A stretch of DNA of 64,000 nt, from positions 11,346,001 through 11,410,000 of the forward strand of contig CM097884.1 of the NCBI GenBank assembly GCA_044892505.1. The letters run 5' to 3'. Position 1 is the stretch's first letter. Each line of letters starts with the position of its first letter. Under the pieces are notes generated by a model. It did no database searches. It saw only the letters and a program-made list of their open reading frames with translations, and was not told the origin of the DNA. Made by a program: the position numbers and the translations under genes. The DNA is from Schmidtea nova (Eukaryota). Below, one piece after another: positions 22,935 through 34,814 of this stretch.

Positions 22935-23064
22935 TGTCACGACAATAAATAAGACACGTTTTTAAAATATGTATTTTTATCAAAAACTGCTTATTTAAAC
23001 AAAAATGTTTAAAGATGAATAAATCGATTTAGAATTAATTAGTAATTAATTCTAAATTGTCACA
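22935..23064 (-). repeat. Element B 3' LTR
   Basis: 130 bp, TGT...ACA, adjacent to the PPT. Confidence 0.9.
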
Positions 23065-23069
23065 TCCGT

Positions 23070-24400
23070 CCCTATCCTCGACTTGGGTTTCTTCAAGTCG
23101 ACTGAGGTAATGGAGTTTGTGTTCTCGGTACCCTTCTTGTATTGGATTTTGAATTCGTAGTCTTGGAGTAGGAGGCTCCATCTTGAGATTTTACTGTTCC
23201 TGATTTTTAGACCCGCGAGCCATTTTAAGGGCTTATGATCCGTTTGGATTACGAATTTGCGACCGTATAGGTAATAACGGAATTGCTCCAGTGCGTATAC
23301 TATCGTGTACAGTTCTTTCTCGATTGTTGACCATTGGATCTGGGGTTCCGAAAGTTTCTTGGATTGGAACGTGATCGGGTGTTCCTTTATCTCTATAATT
23401 TGGGATAAAACAGCTCCTATGACTTGGTCGGACGCGTCGGTTTTCACGTAAAATGTCTTCTTGTAATCTGCCGCTATGAGTACTGGCGCTTCTGTCAGTG
23501 ATCTCTTCAGGTCACTAAAGGCTTTTTCACTTTGTTTGTCCCATTTTATTCGGTTTGAGGCTCCATTCTTTAGTTTCTCGTTCAGATAATCGGTTTTCTT
23601 TGATAGATCTTTGATATGGCTTCGGTAGTAGTTGATCATACCGAGGAATCGTCGTAAATCCTTCTTTGTCTTTGGTTTGGATGCTCTTTTGATTGCATCA
23701 ATTTTTTCCGATAGCGGTGACACCTCTCCGTTTCCGACTAGTTTCCCTAGGAACTCGACATCATTAGTTTGCATTTCTTTGGATTTAGGGTTAGATTAGC
23801 TCTATGTAGGGTCTCTAAAACTGTCTGTAGTATTCGGATATGTTTCTCGGCTATTGAGGATTAGATAATGATAACTGACGTTTCTGATACGTTTTGGAAT
23901 AGTTTATCCATCATTCTTTGGTAGTAAGCTGGAGCATTTTTGAATCCGAAACTCATCCTTGTGAATTGGAATAATCCGAATGGTGTTGTAAACGCACTTT
24001 TTGGTCTGTCTTTATCTTTTATCGGTATCTGATAGTATCCTTTCGTCAGGTCTATCGTGTTGATGATCTTCGCGTTTCCTACTGAATTGATTACCTTTTC
24101 GATTTCTGGCATCGGATAACTATCGAATATTGTGGCCGAGTTTTTCTTCCTATAGTCCTGAACTAACCTCAGATTATCATTTTTCTTTACGAAAAGAGCT
24201 GGACTTGCCCATGGGCTATTTGACTTTTCGACGATTCCTAGCTTGAGTAGGCTTTGAATTTCTTCGTTCATATTATCTCTAAGCGAATGCGGAAGCTGGT
24301 ATGGTCTTTGATTGATTGGTGTTTCGTTCGTGAGATTTATGTTGAATTCTGCTTCGTTAGTCAGGCCTGGTAGAGAAGAAAACACGGTGCGGTATTCGTC
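23070..24400 (-). pseudogene. pol: Element B RT and RNase H; the YxDD region appears deleted
   Basis: SPWASPALFVKK..LRLVQDYRK, IDLTKGYYQI, FTRMSFGFKNAP; FYVKTDASD, WSTIEKEL, IQTDHKPL; reads ETSVIII* where YxDD is expected. Confidence 0.9.
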
Positions 24401-24524
24401 GACAAGTTGTTTGTATGGTCTTGACGCTCGCTTCCGGGTTTATTGTAACAGTTTCGGTTTCGGTCCTGCCTTCGTCGGCGATCAGCGCTTGTATGATTGC
24501 TTCTTCTCGGTGATGCCACTTCAG

Positions 24525-25767
24525 TTAAAGGTTTACATGAAAGGCCCGCAGTCGTTTTCTAGTTTGGCTGGTGTCTACCATATAGTTGACATCACTTATT
24601 TTGTTGACTATTCTGTATAGTCCGTGCCATCCCGATAGTATTTTTGTCGAAGATGTCGGTAAGAGGACGAGAACTTCCTTGCCTATGTCGAAAGTTGTGG
24701 TTCTTGAGTTCTTGTCATACCATTTCTTTGATGTATCTTTAGCGGCGTTGTCTCTTTGTTGTTTAATCTCCATTACTTGGTTCAGTTTATCGGTTAGGTC
24801 GAGTACAATGTATTGATTGATGTTTCTCTTTCCAGGATATTCTGCATTTGTCTATATAACATCGATAAGTGCCCTTGGACCTGGTGGCCGTACAGTAGCT
24901 CAAAGGGGCTGAATCCGATATTCTCGTGCGAACTCGACCTGTAGGCAAAGTAGAGATATAGCAAGTACGTGTCCCAATCCTTCCCTTTGGAATCGGTTAG
25001 TAATCTTCGGAATCTTCGTTGAATCTTTCACATATCAAGTTAGTTTGCGGGTGATATTTGGAGGTTTTGATGTTCGTTGTTCCTAGGAGCTGGTATACCT
25101 GTTTCATAACCTCACTCATGAAATTTGATCCTTGGTCTGTTAGAATTTCGGACGGAATACCCATTCGGCAGAAAAAATGTCACATTGCTTTTGAGACCGT
25201 TTCTGCCCTCATATCCGGTATCGCTATCACCTCTGGGTATCTGGTTGCGTGGTCTATAATTGTCAAAATAAATCTGTTTCGATCGTTTGATAAATTTAAC
25301 GGCCCCACTATATCCATGGTGACTCTGAAAAAGGGCTCGCCAATCGTGGGGGTTCTTATCAAAGGTGCTCTATGTGCTTTTTCTATTCGTCTTGATTTCT
25401 GGCACTGTGGACAGCTCTGGCACCATCCTTGGACGTCTTCTATGATGTTTGGCCAAAAGAAGAATTTTCTCAGCTTGTCTCTGGTCTTCTCATTTCCCAG
25501 ATGTCCTGATAGTGGGATTTCGTGGGCTATTTTCAGTAGTTTTTCTCGATATTGTTTGGGAATCACAGGCTTTTTTGTTGCGTTTTCTGTGTACATCAGT
25601 ATACCATTTTCTATCGACAGTTTGGTACTTTGGCATTCTTTTTTTGCTTCGTCGAAGTACTTGTACAGGAATTCGTCATCCAGTTGAGATTTGTGTAGGT
25701 TGATCATATTTATGTCGAAGATAGATTGATCATCTTCGGAGACTGTTTTCCCTTTACTTCCTTCCAT
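24525..25767 (-). pseudogene. pol: Element B integrase, located upstream of RT
   Basis: HEIPLSGHLG...CQSCPQC (HHCC), TMDIVGPL, IIDHATRYPE; GPY/F-like WHGLYRIVNKISDVNY. Confidence 0.9.
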
Positions 25768-25773
25768 GTATTT

Positions 25774-26506
25774 CTAGTAATTTGGTGCGTTGAGTGTATC
25801 GTTGTCGAATATGTTCTTTGGGTTTGGGTTTAGTATTTGTTCTTCTTTATCGGCTACTATTCTCGTCGCTGAATGATTTATATTGTTGGATCTGGTGATT
25901 GCCTCGCAAAATTCGTCTAGATCGTTTCCTAGTAATACTCTGTGTTTACTACTCATGATCAGTGCTTCTATCGTGACCGGCACATTCTTGACTGAGATAT
26001 TTAATCTGGCGATTGGGGCTTCGGTTGAGTTCCCGTAGGCCAACACGACATTCACGGTCTTGTCTACGTATTTTGACTGTTTCACGAACATCGTATGAAC
26101 AACCGTCGATGACGCTCCCGTGTCTCTGAACATTTTTATCGGCTTGCCTGCTATGATTCCGTTAAATATATATATTTCTTAGGAATACTTACGTGTTTCA
26201 GCTCGACTGCATTTGCGTTTCGTTTGGAACATTCTCTAGCTAGATGTGCTGCACTTCCACATATGTAGCATTGTCTTGGTCCTCTGTTTGGGTCTGGGAA
26301 TTGCCTGGGTCTCCACTGTGGGGTTTTCGGAGTATCAGCTTCGAACTTGTGTGCGCTTTCGTATCTTTCGGCCACTAACACCATCTTTAGGACAACTGAA
26401 TTGTCACTTTCTTCAAGCCATGTCTTGATCCGTTCATTTATGTTTCGCATAAACTGTTCTTCTATGATAAGGTTTTTGATGTCCTGCATCTCTTTTGCGT
26501 CCCTTG
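25774..26506 (-). pseudogene. gag: Element B gag C-terminus (CCHC knuckle) and protease
   Basis: CYICGSAAHLAREC; FRDTGASSTVV...VLLGND. Confidence 0.9.
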
Positions 26507-28169
26507 TGTAATGTTCTGTGGACACCCGTTTGAATACAAAATTCTGACATAAATAGATGTTTATGAGTGTTTTATGTACCTCTGAAATTGTGTGAATCGG
26601 AGTTGTAAAAAGGTTGTTAGATATGTGAAAATTTTATTATTTGGTTATTTTATTGTACATTGTTTAGGATTATGTGAATTGGGGTTGTAGAAAGAATTAT
26701 TAAATATGTAAAAATTTTATTATTTGGATATTTTATTGTGCATTGTTTAAAAGAGTTTGTTAAGCGGTTAACCCGCGCAGAAATTAATAGAAATAAATAT
26801 TTAAAAGAAATTTCTTAAAATTTCTTACTAATTGATCAAATGATTTTCATTATGATAAAATTAATATATATTTTTGAATTTATCCACAGTATCTTTACAA
26901 ACAAATTGTTGCAAGCCGATATTAGACTGACAGACATCGCCAGGAATATTGAATCTGTTAATGCTACGGCAACTTATAATGTTGAATTTGTCAATATGAA
27001 GTGGAAAATAAACGTCTTTTATTTTCAAATACTTTCTAGATGTCAGGCCATTGAAAGTTTCTGCTAACGGTAAATGTTTGGAAGTGCCTATCAATTCCTA
27101 TGGATACATCACTACGGAGTCCAAGGAAGCAATGTTGGGATATTTCCGCATCAATGATAAATATGGAATCAGCAGATTAGTTGAATCGCATGATAAGCGC
27201 TATCAACCGATTTACATCGCTAACGTGCCAGTGATTATTCTGCCTGAAATCACAGAAATAGTCGCCTTAGAAATGAAAGGATTTATGGAACTATCTAAAA
27301 CTTTAAAACTAAATATTTTTAATAAACATTGCTATGCCAAAGTTGTTATTGTGCTCTACTTTTATGTCAATCTTAGTGATAACATTGAATTTGTTACTGA
27401 GAGAGAGAAATTTATAAAGATCGAAATATGTGTACAGAATATACTTCTCCGTTTAAACTTGATATTTAATCAACTCCCGTGGGAAATAAGGATCGAGTTC
27501 TCGGTAGATAACTTGCCTATTTTGACTCCAAAAATGTGCTTGAGTGACTTTAAAGGTCCCCGTTATCCGGTTTCAGTGAATAGTTATGGCAATTTGAGTT
27601 TAAGTGCCCGGGAATTGCTCGAACTTTTTAAAAGTGATTCTTCTAGTAGATGTTTTAAGTTGGAAGGCCAAATGCCGTTCACCGGTATGGTTTTAATGTT
27701 GAATGTTACTTTCTATAGATCTTTGACAATGATCGTCCAACATTATTACATCGACATTATTTTCGGATTGTTTGTATTCATTGTCTGTACAATGTGCATT
27801 TTTGAAGGTTCTTATATGATGAACTTATTAGTCTCAAGAAAATTACGATTTTATTGTCAATTGATGTCCTATCAAAATCCGAAAGTGAATGTAGTTAGAG
27901 TATGTACTGTACTATCAAATCCATGTGTGTATCATTTTTACATGGTTATTCAATCTTATGAGATCCTCCTTGGGTCATTACCCGATGGTTTCGATAGAGC
28001 TTTGGTTCGACCCGGAATCCTCCTTTCCCTGTTATCCGACAAAACTAAAGTATATTTATATTTTTTTGTAAATTTATGTAAATTAATCAGCGAGGGAACA
28101 AAAATAAAATTGATGAATCGGCAACCACGCCAAAAATCTGCATACCTTGGTGTGGTTTCCGGTTCATCA
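26507..28169 (+). repeat. Element A LTR1 (1663 bp)
   Basis: TGTAATG...CATCA, followed by ATT and the PBS; two ~80-bp direct repeats near its 5' end. Confidence 0.95.
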
Positions 28170-29582
28170 ATTTGGTGTCAGAAGTTGCTCCCTCCCTCCA
28201 GTAACATTTATATTATCCTAAATAACACTTTATTTTATTCTATTCCCACATTTATTATTTTTCCTATTCCTTCCCAAATGAAGGCGCTACAATCCTGGGC
28301 GGGACTAACTGAATTGACGGTACATGGAAACCACATCATAAGAACAACCGGGTTTTTAAACATTAAGAGGAAACAAGTATCACACAAGTTCCTCTTCCGG
28401 TGTCCTAACAAGACTTCCGGATGGCAACCTCTGTGTCCGACGAAGTCACATTTGTCCTCAATGTCTTCATTGCTCCTAGCAATTGGCGTCCCAAGGGAAA
28501 CACACCGCCACTTCTTTGTCAAGAAGTCCCAATCGGCGACACATACCCCAGTCATCACCACCTATTTCGACATTATTCCCCGTTTGACTGGAGGAATGCA
28601 AACTGATGAGGCTAACACAGACTGTGAAATCAGTCACATACAACCGCCAACACAACAAACAACACCAGTTATTACACCAATACCGTTTTTCCTAGACGGC
28701 GTTGGCTCCCCACAAAAGTGGTTCCTGGCACTAGAAGTGACTCCAACCTTTCTACCCACTCAATCTCAAGGGCAGAAGTTTGGTGCACTCTTGTCCATGC
28801 TTCCAAGCACTATTTACACCACATTGTCCACCGCCATTGCAACCGCAGCCACGGCAAGTGAGCCCTACAACTCACTGAAATCGGCAGTACTAGACGCCTA
28901 CCGACCAAAATTAGATCATTTATATGAGGCTTGGTTCCGAAATCAACCTCTCAATAATGAAAGACCAAGCGCCTTCCTCAAGCGAGCCAAGGAACAACTC
29001 GAGAGGATCCAGGCTGGTCTTACCAAAGACGACGCTCTACTCCGTAGGTTCTTTCTAAAAGCACTACCTACATCAGCACAGTCCATTCTTGCCGTTGTTC
29101 CAAACACAACATTGGAAGAACTGGCCAAAATTGCCGACAAGATCGTGGAAATCAACACGTCACCTGTTACTCCATCACCGGTAGTCGCAACAACAAGCCT
29201 CCCACAAGCCGAATTAGGAGCACTAGTCAGCGCCATAGCTGCTTTAACATCGAGGATGGACAATTTAGACGCAAGTCTACACACCCGAGGTCGAAGTCGA
29301 ACAGACAGTCGTGACAACAATCAAAAACGACATCGGTCCACATCTGCACGAGGGCTCATATGCTCCTACCATAAGACGTACGGAGACAAAGCCCAACATT
29401 GCTATGTCGGTTGTAGGTGGAACAACCGACTTCCAACATGCCTGCCTCGCAACCTTTGCATCTATCACGCAATATTTAAGACCGAGGCCAAAACATGCTT
29501 GGAAGGCTGCCGTTTCCATACTGGTAATCACAATACCAGTAACGTTAATCAAAATTCGTATAATAAGCCTTCGGAAAACTGA
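26840..29582 (+). pseudogene. gag: Copy 1 LTR-ORF/Gag fusion frame, frameshifted near 27025; Gag proper (28596-29582) is intact
   Basis: ORFs 26840-27067 and 27051-29582; ATTTT vs ATTA relative to LTR2. Confidence 0.85.
28173..28185 (+). promoter_or_regulatory. Element A PBS, tRNA-Leu type (second copy at 34818-34830)
   Basis: TGGTGTCAGAAGT is complementary to the tRNA-Leu 3' end ...ACTTCTGACACCA. Confidence 0.85.
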
Positions 29583-29679
29583 AAACGCCATCGAACTCCC
29601 CCACAGTTTTTGATGGCGATCCCATAACCTGTGGACTCTTTTCTGTTCCCGCCGTACCTCATTCCCAGAACTCTAATGA

Positions 29680-32673
29680 AGTCGATGCCCCATTCACTTC
29701 GTTATCGATAGCGGTTCCATCATCTCATTCCTACCTAATCGGTTCGGAATTGATAATAATCAAAAAAGGTCCTTCCGGACAGCCAGTGGCGAAAACTTTT
29801 CCACTATTGGAACAAAAAACTTAATATTCCAAATTCCTGGTCTATCCAAAACTTTTTCATGGACATTCCAAGTCGCCGAGGTGATTCATCCACTCTTAGG
29901 TGCCGATTTTCTTGATGCCGAAGGTTTACTCCCTGATTGCAGAGAACGCAAATTAATCCTCTCACAACACACACCTAGAGCTCAAGTTCTTGACCACCTC
30001 TGTAGCGACGCTCTCAATGTCTTACCCGCCACACCTTGCTATATACAACAATTACTAAAGACGTTCCCAAACGTCGAAAAGAGATCAAACATTCACAAAC
30101 AAACTCCCTCTTTTCTACACGTCATAGTCACCAATAACGGTATGCCTAACAGAGAACGTATGCGACCACTCGCGCCCGAGAAGCTCACACTTGTCAAGGA
30201 AGAATTCAATAAGCTACTCGAAGCCGGTACTATACACCGATCGAATTCCCCTTGGGCATCACCCATCCATGTGGTTACAAAAAAAGACGGATCTATCCGC
30301 GCCTGTGGTGACTACAGACGCCTCAACAAAGTCACTATACATGACTCTTACCCCATGCCACTTATATCAGACGTTCTTTCGAGATTACCTGAAGCTACAA
30401 TCTTCTCCACTCTAGATCTAAAAAAGGCTTACCACCAAATCCCGGTAGCACCAGAAGACATCCCGAAGACCGCTGTTATCACCCCTTTTGGCTTGTTTGA
30501 ATACAAATACATGCCATTCGGTCTCCGAAACGCAGCTCAAACGTTCCAGCGACACATTGACAATATTTTAGGAGACAAGAAATACATGGTGGCATACATC
30601 GATGACATCCTCATCGGGTCCAAAGATGCAACGGAACATCTTGAACATATCAAAGAAGTGTTCAGGTTATTGCACAATAACAATTTGCAAATTAACTTGG
30701 ACAAATGTTCCTTCTTTCAATCGGAAATAAAATTCCTTGGACACCTTGTATCGACGTCCGGAGTAAGACCACTTCCAGAACGCCTAGATACAATCCGCAA
30801 TTTTTCACGACCAAATACAGTTTCCCAAATGCGCAGCTTCTTAGGAACTGTTAATTTCTGTCACCGATTTATTCCAAGGATATCCGAGGTCACCGCACCT
30901 CTTTCCGCTCTCTGTAGCGGCCCAAAACACTCTCTCCTACCGTGGAATGACGAACTGGAAAGAGCTTTTCAATCCGTCAAGGACGCAATGTCGACAGCAC
31001 AATCTTTGTCATATATAAAGAACAATCTACCCCTATTTTTAACTACCGATGCGTCCAACATTGGCATTGCTGGAGTTCTCGAACAGAACAACACAGGGTG
31101 TCAAGAGAAAATCGAATTCTTTTCACGCAAATTAACCACACAAGAACAACGCTATTCCACGTTTGACCGCGAATTATTAGCGATTTATGAATCAGTCCGC
31201 CACTTCCGCTACTTACTCGAAGGCAGATCTTTTTCTATTCAGACGGACCATAAACCGCTAGTTCACATGATGGAAATGAAGACCCCTTCACCAAGACAGG
31301 GACGTCAAATCAGCTACCTATCAGAATTCGCGTTCACTATCACCCATCTCCCAGGTCGCCAGAATATTGTAGCAGATTATCTATCGCGAAATCTTGTTGC
31401 AACGATCACTACTGAGCCGATCTTCACTGACGACGTTCTCAGGTCTCTACCACCTTCCCCAAAAGACCTGTCATTCTTCAAAAATACAACGGTTTTCGAT
31501 AAAGGCATCTACTACGACAACGCCTTATCTGGAAATATCCGCCCAATTTTGCAAGAAAAGTTAAGGCGCGAAGCTTTCAACCACACCCACAACCTTCACC
31601 ATCCGGGCACGTCTGCAACATACAATCTACTACGTTCTCGTGTCATTTGGCCAAGTATGAGACAAGACGTAAAAGACTGGTGTGAATCTTGCTTAGGATG
31701 CCAACAACACAAAATCCACCGACATACTCGACCACCCTTACATAACTTTCCAATGGGAAACCGTTTTGAAGTGGTGCATGTCGATCTAGTTGGACCTCTT
31801 CCTCCAGACAACGGTTACACACATATATTAACCATGCTGGACAGAAAAACTCGTTTTCCAGTCGCTGTTCCTTTAAAATCCATTTCTGCCTATATTGTAG
31901 CATCGGCGATCATAGAACATTGGATCTCGATATTTGGTGTTCCTCTACATTTCATTACCGATCAAGGACCCCAATTCGAATCCCATCTTTTTAAACAACT
32001 TTCGACACAACTAGGAATTAAACACCTGAGGACTAGTACCTACCACCCACAAACAAACGGAGCTGTCGAGCGGTTTCACCGCACACTCAAGACATCCCTC
32101 CGAATACTTTCTACTTCAAAGAACTGGACAAAGGCCCTACCTTTTGTTCTACTAGGATGGCGCAATGCGCCATCAAAAACAACAGGTTCGTCTCCAGCTC
32201 AACTACTGTTCGGTACTAACGTCATGTTACCAAACGAACTTGTCGAGCTAAACGGCGAACCAACTTTAGAAAATCTAGCGGATGCAAGAAACCATTTCCT
32301 ATCTTTGGACTCAAATCCAAATTTTTCAATGTCAAACACTTACAAACCATATATTCCAAGATCTTTTGATCGCGCAACTCATGTATGGATCCGCTCAATT
32401 GCCGATATCGGCCTAAAACCACGCTACGAAGGACCGTATTCCCTTCTCCAAATACTTGATAACGGCACTGCAAAAGTTTCCATTAATGGAATGGATACAA
32501 TTATAAATCTAGCCCGTCTCAAGCCAGCTTTTGGTTATATGGAAGAAGACCCCAGTCCTACAAATATCACATCGCATGCTGAGACACAAGACTTTACACC
32601 ACCAAATCCTCAAGACCCCATACAAACCCATAATCTGCAGAGGGATAACCCGACCGTCGTTCGCTTACCTTAG
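29680..32673 (+). CDS. pol: Element A copy 1 pol (PR-RT-RH-INT)
   Basis: FVIDSGS, YIDD, LTTDASN, HVDLVGP, ITDQGPQF, VERFHR; frame open from 29680. Confidence 0.95.
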   Translation, partial: SRCPIHFVIDSGSIISFLPNRFGIDNNQKRSFRTASGENFSTIGTKNLIFQIPGLSKTFSWTFQVAEVIHPLLGADFLDAEGLLPDCRERKLILSQHTPRAQVLDHLCSDALNVLPATPCYIQQLLKTFPNVEKRSNIHKQTPSFLHVIVTNNGMPNRERMRPLAPEKLTLVKEEFNKLLEAGTIHRSNSPWASPIHVVTKKDGSIRACGDYRRLNKVTIHDSYPMPLISDVLSRLPEATIFSTLDLKKAYHQIPVAPEDIPKTAVITPFGLFEYKYMPFGLRNAAQTFQRHIDNILGDKKYMVAYIDDILIGSKDATEHLEHIKEVFRLLHNNNLQINLDKCSFFQSEIKFLGHLVSTSGVRPLPERLDTIRNFSRPNTVSQMRSFLGTVNFCHRFIPRISEVTAPLSALCSGPKHSLLPWNDELERAFQSVKDAMSTAQSLSYIKNNLPLFLTTDASNIGIAGVLEQNNTGCQEKIEFFSRKLTTQEQRYSTFDRELLAIYESVRHFRYLLEGRSFSIQTDHKPLVHMMEMKTPSPRQGRQISYLSEFAFTITHLPGRQNIVADYLSRNLVATITTEPIFTDDVLRSLPPSPKDLSFFKNTTVFDKGIYYDNALSGNIRPILQEKLRREAFNHTHNLHHPGTSATYNLLRSRVIWPSMRQDVKDWCESCLGCQQHKIHRHTRPPLHNFPMGNRFEVVHVDLVGPLPPDNGYTHILTMLDRKTRFPVAVPLKSISAYIVASAIIEHWISIFGVPLHFITDQGPQFESHLFKQLSTQLGIKHLRTSTYHPQTNGAVERFHRTLKTSLRILSTSKNWTKALPFVLLGWRNAPSKTTGSSPAQLLFGTNVMLPNELVELNGEPTLENLADARNHFLSLDSNPNFSMSNTYKPYIPRSFDRATHVWIRSIADIGLKPRYEGPYSLLQILDNGTAKVSINGMDTIINLARLKPAFGYMEEDPSPTNITSHAETQDFTPPNPQDPIQTHNLQRDNPTVVRLP

Positions 32674-33080
32674 CAATTTTTATCATCACCGAAATTACTT
32701 CCAATCAAAAATGAAATCACTCCATCCCTCATAACTAATCACCCCACCACTCAGTTACAAATCGAAAACACATCAAACAGCACATTACAACCAATAGCTA
32801 ACCAGAAGCAAATACCAATACAGAGAACAACACAATCATCGCAACCAGATAACACATGGTTTATCCCGGCAACTATATTGGATCAGCAAACTCAATCAAC
32901 TCCTACTTCAAAATATACTCTGAAACCCATCCTAAAATCATCGAATAAGATACCCAAGGCACAACAAATTAAGAAAGTGCGTATAGCAGAATGGCACCGA
33001 ACTAAAAGAATCGGCGAAAACCCAAACTTACCAATCCGCCTATCTAGAACTAACGACTTGTAACCTAGGGCGGGCACCAA

Positions 33081-33120
33081 TACTAACACTTCTAAAATCT
33101 TTTTTTTGTTTTCTTTTAAG
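33081..33120 (+). promoter_or_regulatory. Splice acceptor upstream of PPT/LTR (second copy at 39726-39765)
   Basis: TACTAAC branch point, T-rich tract, first downstream AG at 33119-33120. Confidence 0.7.
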
Positions 33121-33152
33121 AAAAACGCTCCGCGTTACTGGATGGGGGGTAA

Positions 33153-34814
33153 TGTAATGTTCTGTGGACACCCGTTTGAATACAAAATTCTGACATAAAT
33201 AGATGTTTATGAGTGTTTTATGTACCTCTGAAATTGTGTGAATCGGAGTTGTAAAAAGGTTGTTAGATATGTGAAAATTTTATTATTTGGTTATTTTATT
33301 GTACATTGTTTAGGATTATGTGAATTGGGGTTGTAGAAAGAATTATTAAATATGTAAAAATTTTATTATTTGGATATTTTATTGTGCATTGTTTAAAAGA
33401 GTTTGTTAAGCGGTTAACCCGCGCAGAAATTAATAGAAATAAATATTTAAAAGAAATTTCTTAAAATTTCTTACTAATTGATCAAATGATTTTCATTATG
33501 ATAAAATTAATATATATTTTTGAATTTATCCACAGTATCTTTACAAACAAATTGTTGCAAGCCGATATTAGACTGACAGACATCGCCAGGAATATTGAAT
33601 CTGTTAATGCTACGGCAACTTATAATGTTGAATTTGTCAATATGAAGTGGAAAATAAACGTCTTTTATTACAAATACTTTCTAGATGTCAGACCATTGAA
33701 AGTTTCTGCTAACGGTAAATGTTTGGAAGTGCCTATCAATTCCTATGGATACATCACTACGGAGTCCAAGGAAGCAATGTTGGGATATTTCCGCATCAAT
33801 GATAAATATGGAATCAGCAGATTAGTTGAATCGCATGATAAGCGCTATCAACCGATTTACATCGCTAACGTGCCAGTGATTATTCTGCCTGAAATCACAG
33901 AAATAGTCGCCTTAGAAATGAAAGGATTTATGGAACTATCTAAAACTTTAAAACTAAATATTTTTAATAAACATTGCTATGCCAAAGTTGTTATTGTGCT
34001 CTACTTTTATGTCAATCTTAGTGATAACATTGAATTTGTTACTGAGAGAGAGAAATTTATAAAGATCGAAATATGTGTACAGAATATACTTCTCCGTTTA
34101 AACTTGATATTTAATCAACTCCCGTGGGAAATAAGGATCGAGTTCTCGGTAGATAACTTGCCTATTTTGACTCCAAAAATGTGCTTGAGTGACTTTAAAG
34201 GTCCCCGTTATCCGGTTTCAGTGAATAGTTATGGCAATTTGAGTTTAAGTGCCCGGGAATTGCTCGAACTTTTTAAAAGTGATTCTTCTAGTAGATGTTT
34301 TAAGTTGGAAGGCCAAATGCCGTTCACCGGTATGGTTTTAATGTTGAATGTTACTTTCTATAGATCTTTGACAATGATCGTCCAACATTATTACATCGAC
34401 ATTATTTTCGGATTGTTTGTATTCATTGTCTGTACAATGTGCATTTTTGAAGGTTCTTATATGATGAACTTATTAGTCTCAAGAAAATTACGATTTTATT
34501 GTCAATTGATGTCCTATCAAAATCCGAAAGTGAATGTAGTTAGAGTATGTACTGTACTATCAAATCCATGTGTGTATCATTTTTACATGGTTATTCAATC
34601 TTATGAGATCCTCCTTGGGTCATTACCCGATGGTTTCGATAGAGCTTTGGTTCGACCCGGAATCCTCCTTTCCCTGTTATCCGACAAAACTAAAGTATAT
34701 TTATATTTTTTTGTAAATTTATGTAAATTAATCAGCGAGGGAACAAAAATAAAATTGATGAATCGGCAACCACGCCAAAAATCTGCATACCTTGGTGTGG
34801 TTTCCGGTTCATCA
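33153..34814 (+). repeat. Element A LTR2 (shared central LTR, 1662 bp)
   Basis: Preceded by the PPT and followed by the PBS. Confidence 0.95.

Noticed and set aside
28235-32734. Many short antisense or alternative-frame ORFs in element A (and duplicates in copy 2)
   Set aside because: Shadows of gag/pol codon structure with no motifs; their identity between copies only reflects recent duplication
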